64,000 nt of DNA from Trichoplax adhaerens (lineage: Eukaryota > Animalia > Placozoa), in assembly GCF_000150275.1 (NCBI RefSeq), contig NW_002060949.1, positions 5,817,858 to 5,881,857 of the forward strand, read 5' to 3'. A model generated the notes under the pieces. The model had not been told where the DNA came from, ran no database searches, and saw only the letters and a list, made by a program, of their open reading frames with translations. The position numbers were made by a program, and so were the translations under genes. Each line of letters opens with the position of its first letter. Position 1 is the first letter of the stretch. Positions 14,597 through 27,289 of the stretch are shown here, one piece after another.

Positions 14597-17500
14597 TTAA
14601 GTAGAACTCTTAAACTTTCTCGCTTGCTGAGCTTGCAGGTTTGATGTGGAATGACCCTCATTACTACTATATGAACCCGAGTCTCGTCTTGACATAGTCT
14701 TACTTTGTGTTTTTTTAAGTTTTTCAATCAGTTCCGGAGGTAATGCACGCTTTTCAACAACATAGTATAAGGTATCTTTGGTGATTGGCATTAATATACT
14801 ATTACAAACAGCTATAAAAATAAAATATACCAACAATATCAATTATATTGCTTTCTACTGGATAATATCATTCTATCTGTACGCGCATATAAAGATCGTT
14901 TACCTATAAATGTACTGTGAGCATTAGGGAAGGCTTTATCTTCACGAATTCTGAGAATTTTCCAAGTTCTAGTTTTGCCATCTAAACAACATTCCACAAT
15001 TTTACTATCGAATTTATTTAGGCCTTTACCCTATAAAATTTAAGGGCAATTAAGCGAAAATTAAAATTTTTATAATGTAGCACCAAATACGACCTGCATT
15101 AGAAAGAAGCCAGACCATTAAAAATAATATATATATAATATCTAGCTATAGTAGCATGTCAGTCACTAGTCTTACTGGAATAGTTGCTACATGGCGTTGT
15201 GAATTGCCATAGCCAACATGTAAACGCGCTTCTTTCGTAGGAAGGCAACTATAAGCAGTGAAGTCACAACAAATTTCACACATTTTACGCGTATAAAATA
15301 TATATATATTTTACGTAAGGTTTGTCTTGTAGATAAACTGAGAATAGGAAACGAAATTACTTTGCCTATATTACCCGTGTTTTTCAACTTTTACAAGATG
15401 GAGTTTGAAGTCTACAGTATTTAATTCAGCAGGCTTCCATTTAAGCACGGTGTCGCACCTCCCTGGTATATACGGCTGTAAGAAAAAAGCGTTTTCAATA
15501 TTGCGTTACACTGCTATAAAGTTATATGAAAACAATTGTATCTGCTTACTTCGTCTTCCGGAGAAAATATTAAACCGTCTGTCTCATGAAATACCTTTTT
15601 TGTAAAGGTATCGAGGACCTGAACCGAAATTAAAAGTTAATAAATGTTCATTTCAATTTAAGAATGGCGACTATAATAGACAAACAGGCTTACATATCTA
15701 GCATCTTTAGCATCAAAGAACTGCTTATTTCTGACACTAAATGTTTCCTTAGTTTTATCTACAATTCCACGAGCAGCCTGTAGTAACGAAAGAGAAATTA
15801 TGAAGCAATGATGATATATACGTATAGGCAACAAAATATACGCGTATGAGTATATAAAATGTGGTTCATTAACAAGATAGTACGATAGACTAATAAGAAA
15901 ATATTTTCTTACTGCTTGATTTCGAGGACTAATAATTTCTTTCTCTATGATTGCCATGCGTTCTGATTGTTTTTTATTACCAACATTTTCATCCTTGAAA
16001 CATACACATTACGCAAGAAACAACTTTATTCATGGTAAAACGGTTTTAATTTTTTGAATTAAAATATTATTCAAAAACTGTTAATATGGTCTACCTCGAA
16101 GCAAATGATATCATATATTAGATAACGGGGATAATATTGATCTCCATTTGGAGTGGAAACTTTATCGATGACCATCTCACCATCTAATAGGGTATTTTCG
16201 ATATGGCTATTCAGATCAGATCCGCGAGGAAATTTTAAGTGAGGTATCTTGAATATGGAATTGTTTCGGTCGATCATGTAGATTTCATCATTTTTATGTA
16301 TTAACATCATATAACTAGGGAAATTTTTAACAAAAAAATAATTAGATGGAGTAACCCGCCAGTTAGCTATGCAACATTTGAGCTTAACTCTTACCGAACA
16401 CCATCTGCCTTCCAGCTTACTCGATACCTTCTATCTCTTAGTAATGTAATGTTATTATAAGTTAAAGATACCGGCTGGCTACCGGGAAATCCTCCCCTAT
16501 AAATTATACATGCAACGATGTTAGTTTTTACTATGCGAAATAGTAAAGCATAACAACAGCTTTTTTAACATACTCCATCCATCCACATTTCTCTTGACAA
16601 AGTTCTTGTAAATCAGACAATGATTGATCACGGACAGGCACTGGCCCTCTGACTCCTTCCATAAATTTAGGATCCTATTGTAGAGTTACTAAGTTATCTA
16701 TACGTATTTTATATCACATTGACTATAGGTATTGATCATGATAGCAAACTTGTGTTCTTATTCGATAATTTTACCGAAAAAGCGCAAATAGTAATAAAGA
16801 CTAACCAAGATTAAATGCTCGTTACGCTTCCTCTTTTTTCGAGAAGATACAATCTCTTCGTCACTATGTGGATCCTCGTTGCACCATTCAGGCAATTCAG
16901 GCGCTGATATATAATCAAAGTCGCCATTTGGATCATACCGTTGCGCCAATTCTTTCATGTAATAACCTTTGTATATACCAGGAGATCGAGCCTTTTAAAA
17001 ATGATTACAGTAAACTAATTAGATAGAAGACACTCTTGGGGGATATTAATATCGAAATTTATAAAATATTTATGAATGGTACAAGCACATTGCATGATAG
17101 CTATTTACTATAATATGTATGCATATATATGTATACATTAGAGCCGGCTATAAAATATTTAAATAATAGGTAAAATGTATGCTTACACTGGCGAATTCGC
17201 GTAAAGCGGCTTGGACACTAATAAAAGAATAATAATCCAATGTTGAGTATACGGCAGATTTAATAATTTAGGTATGTCAATAGGTCAGATACAAGAGAGT
17301 CTATGTACAGTACTTAAATGATATGTAAGGTACAATGTAAAGATTTGAGTATATAAGCAATAATAGAATGAGAAAAGCTTGAAGGTGTATAATACTATTG
17401 CACTGAAATTAACACCTAGTAAATACTTTGTACCGAACTTACAACATTATTATTATCACACTGCTTTTATGTTAACGTTGAACTAGTTAGAATGCGTCTT

Positions 17501-18896
17501 CCTAAAGGGTAATACCACTTGCGTAATTGTAATCATTTATGAGCAGCATACCTCCAGTCTTCTTTTTCTATCAGATAACAACATATTAAGAATCCTGTTC
17601 TATTGAATCCATGGGTACAGTGGATACCTTGAGGTGATAAAAAACAAACTCTAAAGTGTGGACTATTATAAATTATAAACTATTGGAATATCAACAAATG
17701 AATAAATTGAAACGAATTGTAATTATTTTAAGGATGTTATGAAATTATAGATTTACTATTAGTAGTGTAGAACTATAATCCATCTACAGTACTATCAGAT
17801 AGACGAAATATGGAAATAATTTTGATATTGATTAAGATCGAATCATAACCGTGATACAAAAGCTGACTATAATTACGCATGACATGCTATCTGGTCTTCA
17901 ATCTCACCAATTACGCTATTAGGATTATTTTGAATAAATTTCATGCATATTTCGATGAAAAGTGTGCATTGGTCAGGAGAAGGAACCTCACCATGACTAG
18001 TGGAATAAATATTTAAAAAAGTTTAGCAAACAAGTTGTAATTAAAGAGATAGCATGACTATCATCAGTGTGTAGGTAAGCCAACTGATTGGATTATTAAA
18101 GTACAACTTTTAGTAGCAGTTTATGCTTCATTTTATTGTGGTAACGCGTTACTTCATGACCGTTAAATGTGAATTAATTAGGCATAATTACAACAATTTA
18201 CCCTTTTAATCTTAATTTTAAGTAACCAGCATTATTGGATTCTACTTCGCTTTTACTATAAAAGCGATCAGTGTTGGTTAAGTCAATGATCAATCCCAAA
18301 TTGATCTATAATCATGGGGTAGAAGAATAAAAATATTAATTTATAGACATGATTTGATACATTCGCATAGTTGTCTACTTTGATATGCAATGAAGTTAAT
18401 AAACTGGTGTTCAATTAATGTAGTTGGTATGTCTTATTTCACTCTATAACGTTGTATTAACAGTAAAATTATGCAGTATCGAAGTTGTAGATGATACTTA
18501 AGATTTAACTGTAGTATACTTTAAGATAACAGTCTACGTCATATTCCTACATTAAAAAATAGATTCAAGTAAAATTTTAAAATTCTAGCTAACCTTGTAT
18601 GCGTTAGTAAATTGAAAGAGCATATTGATATCGAATCGATCCTCAATAGGAATTTGTTCGTTGTATCTACTATCCAGAGGTACTTTAAAAGGTAAAAATT
18701 TGCCTATAATATGCAAAGACAACAAAGAATGGGGAATCGCAAACATTGAGCATTTAGCATGGCTGCAGCAAGGATAAATTGTTGTTTTAACTTGGCTGTT
18801 GAAGATATTGTACGAACCTGCAACGACGTTTCCACGACGTGGGCATTTCAACCATCTCGGTGGTATCGGTAGTGAAAACTTGTCAGAAGTAGACAT
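14597..18896 (-). CDS. RNGTT: mRNA capping enzyme (RNA triphosphatase + guanylyltransferase), 17 coding exons
   Basis: N-terminal [12 protein letters not shown]; triphosphatase P-loop [11 protein letters not shown]; GTase motif [10 protein letters not shown]; [21 protein letters not shown] and [10 protein letters not shown] motifs. All introns are GT-AG, and there is a 31-nt exon at 17187-17217. Confidence 0.96.
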
Positions 18897-19228
18897 TTTT
18901 GTTGTTCTCTCTTATTCAATGCTTGTTACTACAACCATAATATTGACGATATAATAGTGTTGCAATCTAGATTTAACAACAAACGCAAAACCATTGTACA
19001 AGTTAAGATATTGTTCTTCTTATTGGCGTCGAGAATGACATCTACAATCAACGCTTTGCAAATTGTATCATTGCATCCATGTATGTACATCCTATTATAA
19101 GACATGTAGTAGTAAGTGCAGCTGCTTACCAAAGATTAGTTGATTAATAAATGATCGTTCTTGCAAAGATCCAATACTCCGTAGTACATTCAATGCTGTG
19201 GAACTGCCTCACACTTGAGCAAAATGTT

Positions 19229-19278
19229 NNNNNNNNNNNNNNNNNNNNNNNNNNNNNNNNNNNNNNNNNNNNNNNNNN
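19229..19278. other. Assembly gap (50 N)
   Basis: Run of N in the sequence. Confidence 1.
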
Positions 19279-19599
19279 ATCATGCTTCATCAATTTTCAA
19301 GGGGGAAAGTCCAAATTGTAGAAGATAACTGATCTTCAGCAAGTTAATTTCATCCAAGAGACATAAGTAGGATTTTTCTCACTGAAGGATTTTCCACTCG
19401 TCACGATAACCAGTGTCAATATCGCTTGCTGTGAGTGGTGACCAATTGGTTAGCCTTGTTCGTTTTCCTAGGTCAGATTGCTTGACATGGTATCAAAACG
19501 AGTGTTATGAATGAGTATGCTGTCCTAGGCTTGCGTCACTCTCCTCGTCGTCTAGTGACTGGTCGTACTGAGTTTGCTCACATCAGAACAATCAAGAAC

Positions 19600-20310
19600 C
19601 AGTGTCACAGTACTCATACCTCATAGTACAGTACTGTACTCTTTAGTGTATTGTACTGTACTGGTATGGGTTACTCGATGACTGTAGTGTACAGTACAAG
19701 TTTACAACTCGTCAACGGTACCGGTGTGGCGGTGTGTGAGTTTTATGCTTCCGCATTCGTACCGTACCGTACCGCGCCGGGCCGCCGATAGCTGAATTCC
19801 AACGACTGGCGCCTTGTGTCATCCTAACATTCAACGTCATTCAGTACAGTACACAGTCAAAAGTCAAGAAGATGAGCATTAGGCCTGACCTACAGTACAA
19901 ATGGCAAGTAAAAAATACTGGTCAAAAGTCAAGAAGATGAGCAATAGGCCTGACCTACAGTACAGTGCAATTGGCAAGTAAAACATGCAAGTACAGTACA
20001 GTAAGCACAATTGGCAAGTAAAAAATGCAAGTAAAAAGTCAAGAAGATGAGCAATAGCCCTGACCTACAGTACAATACTGTACAATATGGCCAGATCAGA
20101 TGCTGACATGTTGTACTGTACCGTACTGTACTGGTAGTACAGTGTACAGTTTACAGTACTTGACCCAATTGATTGACTGTAGAGACTAGAGACGGTAGAG
20201 GTCGTCACACTGTACAGTACAGTGTACAGTAGTCTGCAGTACTGTACATACTGTACTGTACAGTACAGTACAGTAGCCTGCAAAACTTACTGTTGTACTA
20301 CTAGTACACT
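19600..20310. promoter_or_regulatory. Divergent promoter region RNGTT/SMNDC1, dense in ACAGT/ACTGT pentamers
   Basis: Lies between two head-to-head genes, with many TACAGTAC/GTACTGTA motifs, e.g. tacagtacagtacagtag near 20259-20277. Promoter function is inferred. Confidence 0.6.
19856..20075. repeat. Three-copy short direct repeat
   Basis: aaaagtcaagaagatgagca(t/a)tag(g/c)cctgacctacagtaca occurs at ~19859, ~19924 and ~20034, interspersed with tggcaagtaaaa. Confidence 0.85.
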
Positions 20311-20356
20311 AATAAGGCAACAAAACTGTTAACGCTCTCCAAGCTAACTAGAAAAA

Positions 20357-22368
20357 ATGTCCTCTTTAGCCGAGCTGCAAAGCAATTTATCTACCTATCA
20401 GGCACAATTACAACAGGTAAATAATATCCTTTCAGTGACAAGCCCTATCCCTAGTATACTAATTGATTGAAATCGATATGCAAAGTAAACTCTTGTATAT
20501 CTATTGATGCGTATATTGGATATATGTAGGTAGAAGCTGCCTTGAAAGCTGATGAAGGTAATGAAGAATTGATGAAACTTCAACACGACTTAAATGTGAG
20601 TACGATAGACAAGCCATTATAGCCATCGAAATACGTAGAATATTGCCATGGTGTACCATCACAACCCAAAATAAAATTGCCATTTCTAAACTGATACCGA
20701 TAGTTTATAATTAAAAATTGACCGATGTATTAAACTGATCGTCTCAATCAATCTGCAATCAACGATCATCACATTCATTCAACATTTCTAGTAGTATGTT
20801 GATCATTGAATATCTTAAAATTTCTACCTTGGACATGAATTGTAAAATCATATTACTCCATTCATTACTATAAATGCAATAAATTAACTTGGACCTGCAT
20901 GTTGTTTTAACTTTGACATGTTCACTTTTAGGAAGTCATAAATTTAACAGTTGATTTGATTAAATTGAACACCAAAGGAGAGGTAAGTACTCATGTAGAC
21001 AAGTATATTTGTAAATTTTGTAGGATTGTATCATTCATTGAAATCCTCAAGTTCCAAATTTCCAATGAAAGGTCCCTATCACGGTAGCTAACTTTAATCA
21101 CTTTCTATAGACAAAGGCTGATGCTGTTGTAGGGACATCGTGGAAAGTTGGTGATAAATGTCAGGCTGTCTGGAGTAATGACGGATTGTACGTAAATTAG
21201 CATGGTCTACGGTATCATTTTTAATTATACGTATGCTACCATGAAAGATACTGTACGGTAGTAGCAAAGTTATTCCATACTCTGTTGCTGAATTTCATTA
21301 TACTGTACATTTATGTAAAATGATAGCAATTCAAAGAATAATACGTATAAATGTACATATATATGGCAGATATTATGACGCAGATATCATTGAAATATCG
21401 GAAAATCAATCGACTTGCGTTGTTACCTTTACTGAGTATGGAAACACTGAAACGGTTAAGGTAAGTCAGTACTAGCTCTATAATAGAAAATGGACTCGAT
21501 ACCATCTTTTGATGCGGATGATTGTATACATACATTGACGCTTTGATTATTGAGCATAACAGTCCTACATTGATTCATTGTAGTTAAACTCGCTTAGACA
21601 CGAATCAGAGGGCGTAAAAAGACCGATATCTGACGTACTTAGTGAAACCAAACCTGAAAGCAGCAGGTACCATCGATTTACAAAAAGCAATGCTAAAATC
21701 TTATTAATCAGTACAGCGTAATTGATCGTCTATAAGGAAAAACTTAAATGCTTTAACCAACCCAAATTTTTTGCCAGAGCTAAAAAAGAAAAATTTAAGG
21801 ATTACAAGCGCAAGAAGGCTTTAAAAAAGCAACAAAAACTTAAGGTAAAACTATATTGAATATTCTATTTGTTAATGTAGACTTGGATGAAGGTAGCACT
21901 TGCAAACATTGCAGCAGTACTCGTAATCGAACCACTTGTTATAGTTTACTCATTTCTGTATCCATATGTAAAAATATAGGACTTAGAAAAAGAGAGAGAG
22001 ACAGAAAAGAGTAAATGGCAGCAATTCAGTAATAAGGTAATTACATATATTGTATCCGTACAGTATATGCTTATGTTCTATAAGATTTCAGTTGTGGCTC
22101 GGTCCTTTTTTAAAACTTGATTCATGGTTTAATAATCTTGCATATCAAAAACTTTTTGTAGGGCTCCAAAAAGGGTCTATTGAAGAGAAGTATTTTTGCA
22201 TCCCCGGATAGTGTAACTGGGAAGGTACGCTGATCTATAACTGAATATTTTCATCTTAATTTTCGCTATATTAAACACTGATGTAAAATTTAGGTCGGAG
22301 TTGGAACATGTGGTATTAGTGGCCAACCAATGACTACATACAATGTCCCTCATATTTATAAGAAATAA
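20357..22368 (+). CDS. SMNDC1: Survival of motor neuron-related splicing factor 30 (SPF30), Tudor domain, 10 coding exons
   Basis: MSSLAELQSNLSTYQAQLQQ|VEAAL...QHDLN|EVINLTVDL; Tudor domain WKVGDKCQAVWSNDGLYYDA...VTFTEYGNTETV; C-terminal KSKWQQFSNK and RSIFASPDSVTGKVGVGTCG. Confidence 0.95.
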
Positions 22369-23811
22369 ATATCTTTATTTCACATGCCTTTTTATATTTT
22401 TCTGTATTGGTATTCAATCCTTAACGATTAACCACCAATGAAGACTGTATTGTCAATATTGTATTATATTAGCTACGAAATATTAGTTAAATGATATAAT
22501 ATTACTATGCCATACAATTATATCGTCTACTAAAGGTAGACGTGCATAATTTTCTATCCAAGTCGTTTCATTTCATGTAGATACGATGCCGCGATGAGGA
22601 ATTTCTCAAGATCTATGCTATTTGTTAGCGAGACACAACTTACGGTACGTTGCACAGAAATGTGCTCAAAAATATATAATTATCATCGACAAGTCTCTTA
22701 GTACTGTATTTATTGTTCATCGGTGTGCAATTATCTTGTTGCGTGATGTAAATTTCGTGTAAACTATGGGTACAGTGGAAGTATACTTGCTTTCTTCGCG
22801 CAATCAATCAGAACTATAAATTATCCCTGTTAGAAATTTTTCACATTTGCAGATTTGTTAATAAAGTTATCTTAAGAAGAAAGTATAGCGTCCACTTTAT
22901 CTCGAATATTATCGATAAGTCAATTAATTAGACGATTGTAAAAATTTTAAAATCTGGCCTAGCTTGCGGCTTAACGCGAGATTCCACGGTCTACGAAAAT
23001 GAAATACTATATTTTCATTAAATTAAATTATTAACCATTTTGCGACAGAACATCTTATGCTGACATGAGCTCATTTAATAAGATCATAGCAAGAGTTTGA
23101 ATTGGACTATTATAGAAATTTGGGCACTTACAAATACGATTGTGGTGATCAAGACGTTATATAAATCCCTAAACATCAGGGTAATTTAAATTTTGAATAT
23201 TAAATAATGTCGCTATAAAAACGAATACCTTAAAGTAAGAAGCGACTTTGCCCTTACGATGGCTGCCGCTTTTCCGAGCCTTTATTAGAAAACAAATTTG
23301 ACAATAAAATTAGAGTTATACGCCACATCGACGCGTATTTCGCTTTTAATCCGGCGTTAATGAAAAGCTATCCATGTACGATTGGTTTAGCTAATAGTTG
23401 AATCTACTTTTTCTGATTGAAAGAATGCAGCCATTAATGAAGTTCAAAATAACAAGGTTACCTTAAACAGAAACTAAATATTCCTTGGACATAAAAAATG
23501 TCAAATGACATGCATTTCTTGATAGCGGTACTGAAGATTTACAAAAGGACCAGGAAATGTATCTCAACGTAAATATTAGGGTTAGGGTTGCGATTCTAAG
23601 AATAATCGATAATTACAATCTACGTTGACATCAATTCACGATGTAGTAATCATTAAACATAGACAAGCGACAACCCATAATATTTAGTACTTTTTATTTC
23701 ATATTGCTAATTTGATAAATGAACACATTAGCATATCGAATATCGTCGTAGTAATAGAAGACGCGTCAAAACACAATAGTACGATCGTTAGAGCAAATTA
23801 CAACAGCCCCA

Positions 23812-26512
23812 TTACAGCTTGTTAAATGCTGCGACATCAACACTTTGGACCTAAATCGTATGAGAGTAAGAATAATTCAGAATGATCATGAGAATAATTT
23901 CTGATTTACTGATGACAGGCCTTTACTGTATAATACATAATACAAGGAATATAAAGACAGCTAGAACTTTCATATCTATACAGTAGTAATCTATAAAGAA
24001 ATGTATTGTAATTACCAAGTCTTCAAATTCTACTATCTTTTCTTCCAAGAAGTCTGTGCCAACTTTATCATCTTCCACAACACAAGAGATTTGTAGCTTC
24101 TTTATACCGTAACCAACTGCTACTAATTTCGCTATTTAAAAGGTGACAATAAAATAAATTGAAGTTATTGCTAAATTATACGGTATCAATTAGTTAGCAA
24201 TCTAGTAAAGTCTACCTGGTCCCCATAGAAGACCATCCGATTCAATTGTTCTTACTAGTCTTTCCATTTCAGCCATGTCTAATTTAATAATATCAATTTA
24301 ATTTTTAAGATTTAATTTAAACACATAACTACTGTACGCTGATAGTTATCACTAAGTAAATAAATGATAGGTGATGGTAATAATGCCATACCAGTTTCAT
24401 CGTCCCACTTTCAAGGTTGTAGCGTCAAGAAGAAATAGAACAGCTTTTTAGGCTTAATAATTTCGTTAAGTTACTATACAAAATACGTGCGTATAACGTA
24501 GTAGTCATACCGGTTTTACATCAAGGATGATATTGGATTTTGCTATTACAGGATTTTCTAAAAACATAGATATGAAGAAAATGCTTAAATATCGTGAAAA
24601 CTCGTACGTTTAAATCTTAACACATCTTATAAAATCAAAAACGATGTGAATCTTTTACAACAGCAGCATATAGCAAGAACATACTCTTAGCTTTGCGCTT
24701 CTCATATTCAGCTATTCTTTCTGCCTTTACATCTTCCGCTTCATCTGCCTATAATTCAAAAAATACAACTATGTCACTAAATAATGTAATGCTGACAATG
24801 ATAGCATTTAGTTATCATTTACATCATCGTCACTGCCGAAAAGATCGAAGTCGTCGTCATCTTCAGCGTCTTCTTTGTCCTCTTCCTGATATTGGTCATC
24901 GATGGAATGAAAGCGATAGCAATAAAATAGGATTAACAGTTATGCGGATATGTCGGAAAATAAGTCACTAAAAGGGTTAGATTGCAGTTCTTATCTTCGA
25001 TATTAAAGCTATTTGCCTAAACTTGATACCTGGCTATTAACCTGCGTTGCCGTTGCATCTTTCTTATCATCTAATTCAAGTGTCTTAATTCTTGCTTCAA
25101 GCTTTGCAACTGCTTTCTCCAAACTAGTTGTCGCTAAAAACAAGAACGATCGTTATGTAATCATGTCTATCTATGCCACTTTATATTATTATTTGTCGTA
25201 CAATGTGGGTTTATCCATAATTAAATTTTGCAAGATAGATAAACTACGAGTACATGCAATTACAGTATATAATACTAAAGCTGTACAATACAGCTAGACT
25301 CTGGTAAAATACTTATTTATGCGATAAGATATAGCGTACACTAGTAGAACAAACATCAATACAATATGCGCACCATCATACTGAAAGTTACCTTTCCTTA
25401 AATTTTGGTTTTCCAACTCTAGAGAATTTACACGTTCAATCAATTTGGATGTCATCTATAAGTGTATTCAAAGTACGGTATAATGCGTAAGATTGGTACA
25501 AAAATAGCAACAACCTATTAAGATTGATTATTTTCTATCTTTAATTTATTAATTAAACCATATAATCATCTACAGTATATTTAACGTTGAACAAACTGTA
25601 GTAAAGAGTAAGCATGTAAAGCGTGTACTGTACACTAGTAATTATACAGTACTGTATACTGTATATAAGCAAGCGTATGATCAACCGACAATCGATCCGA
25701 TCTTAGCCGTTGCAATAGGTATTCTTCATATTTAGACTGTTACGATTGCAACAGCGATAAATAATTGGAATATAAATACATGTCAAGAATGGTCGGTTAT
25801 GATGGTACAGAAAAATAGATTCTACAGGTGTTGTACCATCAACCAATCCTATGGTAAATTATAAGTTATAATTATTAACGCCAACGTACGCGTATCTCTG
25901 TGATATATACATGGATTGGCATCCCATTCATACGCGTAATTATACTGTAGACTCTACAATTCAATTTGTAGATTCATACACTGATAATTAATCTATACGT
26001 CAAAACATCAATATAGACGTACACATAAATTACTTCTAGTTCCGTCAATGTACTCATAATCGCTGCACTATCATTGAAACATGGATATCTTACGAAGTCA
26101 TTCATAAGTAATACTATCATTCCAATCACAGTATCTCTATGCTCTCTATACCTCTTCTTCTTCTGATATGATTTCTTCTGCTGAAATTTGGCGGCCCTGG
26201 AGTAGGTATGAAAATGGAACAGTATTACAGTGTGCATAATTTAAAATGATTGATCTAGATCATCACTGTTCACCCTATCTAGACCGAGATTATTACACTA
26301 GTCATGTATTTCGACGAAAGATCATTTCCTGTACAGTACTATCATTCTATCTGTGACTTGATCAAAATTAGTAGACCTTGCATAAGCGTCCATCATACCT
26401 TTACAACCAAACCCGAGTGTCGATGAGCGATACTGATTTGATATTTTGACTCGGCTTCTTCGTATCTGAATTTATCAAGCCAGACAGTCTCGTGGATAAG
26501 AGCAGCAGTCAT
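23812..26512 (-). CDS. EEF1D: Translation elongation factor 1-delta (eEF1B delta), 11 coding exons
   Basis: N-terminus [21 protein letters not shown]; leucine zipper [14 protein letters not shown]...[13 protein letters not shown]; [11 protein letters not shown]; [12 protein letters not shown]|WDDET|DMAEME; [14 protein letters not shown]; [12 protein letters not shown]. Confidence 0.95.
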
Positions 26513-26599
26513 CAAATGTTCGCTAAGTGTCACTTAGATCGAAGTAGAAAAATAGGAAGCAATAAATTATGCAGGGAATGGTTGAGGACTTGCCAAGTG

Positions 26600-27230
26600 C
26601 ACAGGCCAAGGTGACGAAGAAATTGGTTACCACACCGCGTTCACGTTCTATGGCTACAGTGTACAGTATAGTACAGTACTGTATATGTACTGTACACTGT
26701 ACAGTATAGTACTGTACTGTACGCACTAGCAGTGTACTATATGGAACATGGATTAGCAGCACTATTTTTTGACCTAACAGCGTGCCGTTGATAGCCTATA
26801 ATTACCGTACAAAAAGTAAAAGCACGTGTACACAGCGGGCTACGGAACGAAGGACAGACTTGATTCGCCTCAAGCTGATACAGTCTACAATTCTCAGTAC
26901 TGTACAAACTGTAAACGAATCGCTACCTGTACAGTGTACAGGTCTGTAGCAAAAATAATGTCGCTCTTAAAAGAACCACTTAAGTAATGTCTTTACTAAC
27001 AAATCAAGTCTCATTGGGTGACATTATTTTTGGTATAGACTGGAATACTACAGTACCCACTATACAGTGTATAGTGGACGGTGCAACAGTGGCTGTGGTA
27101 GTGATTCGACCCTCCGTACCGTACAATGTACTGCACATGGTTGAACTTGACGACTGGAGTGTGTACTGTACGGTTAACGCTGCGATAGGTCGTGCACTTT
27201 GAACCCATCCATCGATCACTACAAGGTGTA
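26600..27230. promoter_or_regulatory. Divergent promoter region EEF1D/CPT2 with ACAGT/ACTGT tracts
   Basis: Head-to-head intergenic segment with clustered tacagt/actgta motifs (26654-26722, 26895-26945, 27047-27170). Confidence 0.6.
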
Positions 27231-27289
27231 AGTAATTCCACTATCCACTACCCTATCATTCAGCCTTTTTCATCCGTCGTTTGGTCAGA

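Noticed and set aside
20065-27241. ORFs 20065-20283, 26523-26762 and 26987-27241
   Set aside because: They are mostly low-complexity translations of ACAGT-rich promoter DNA.
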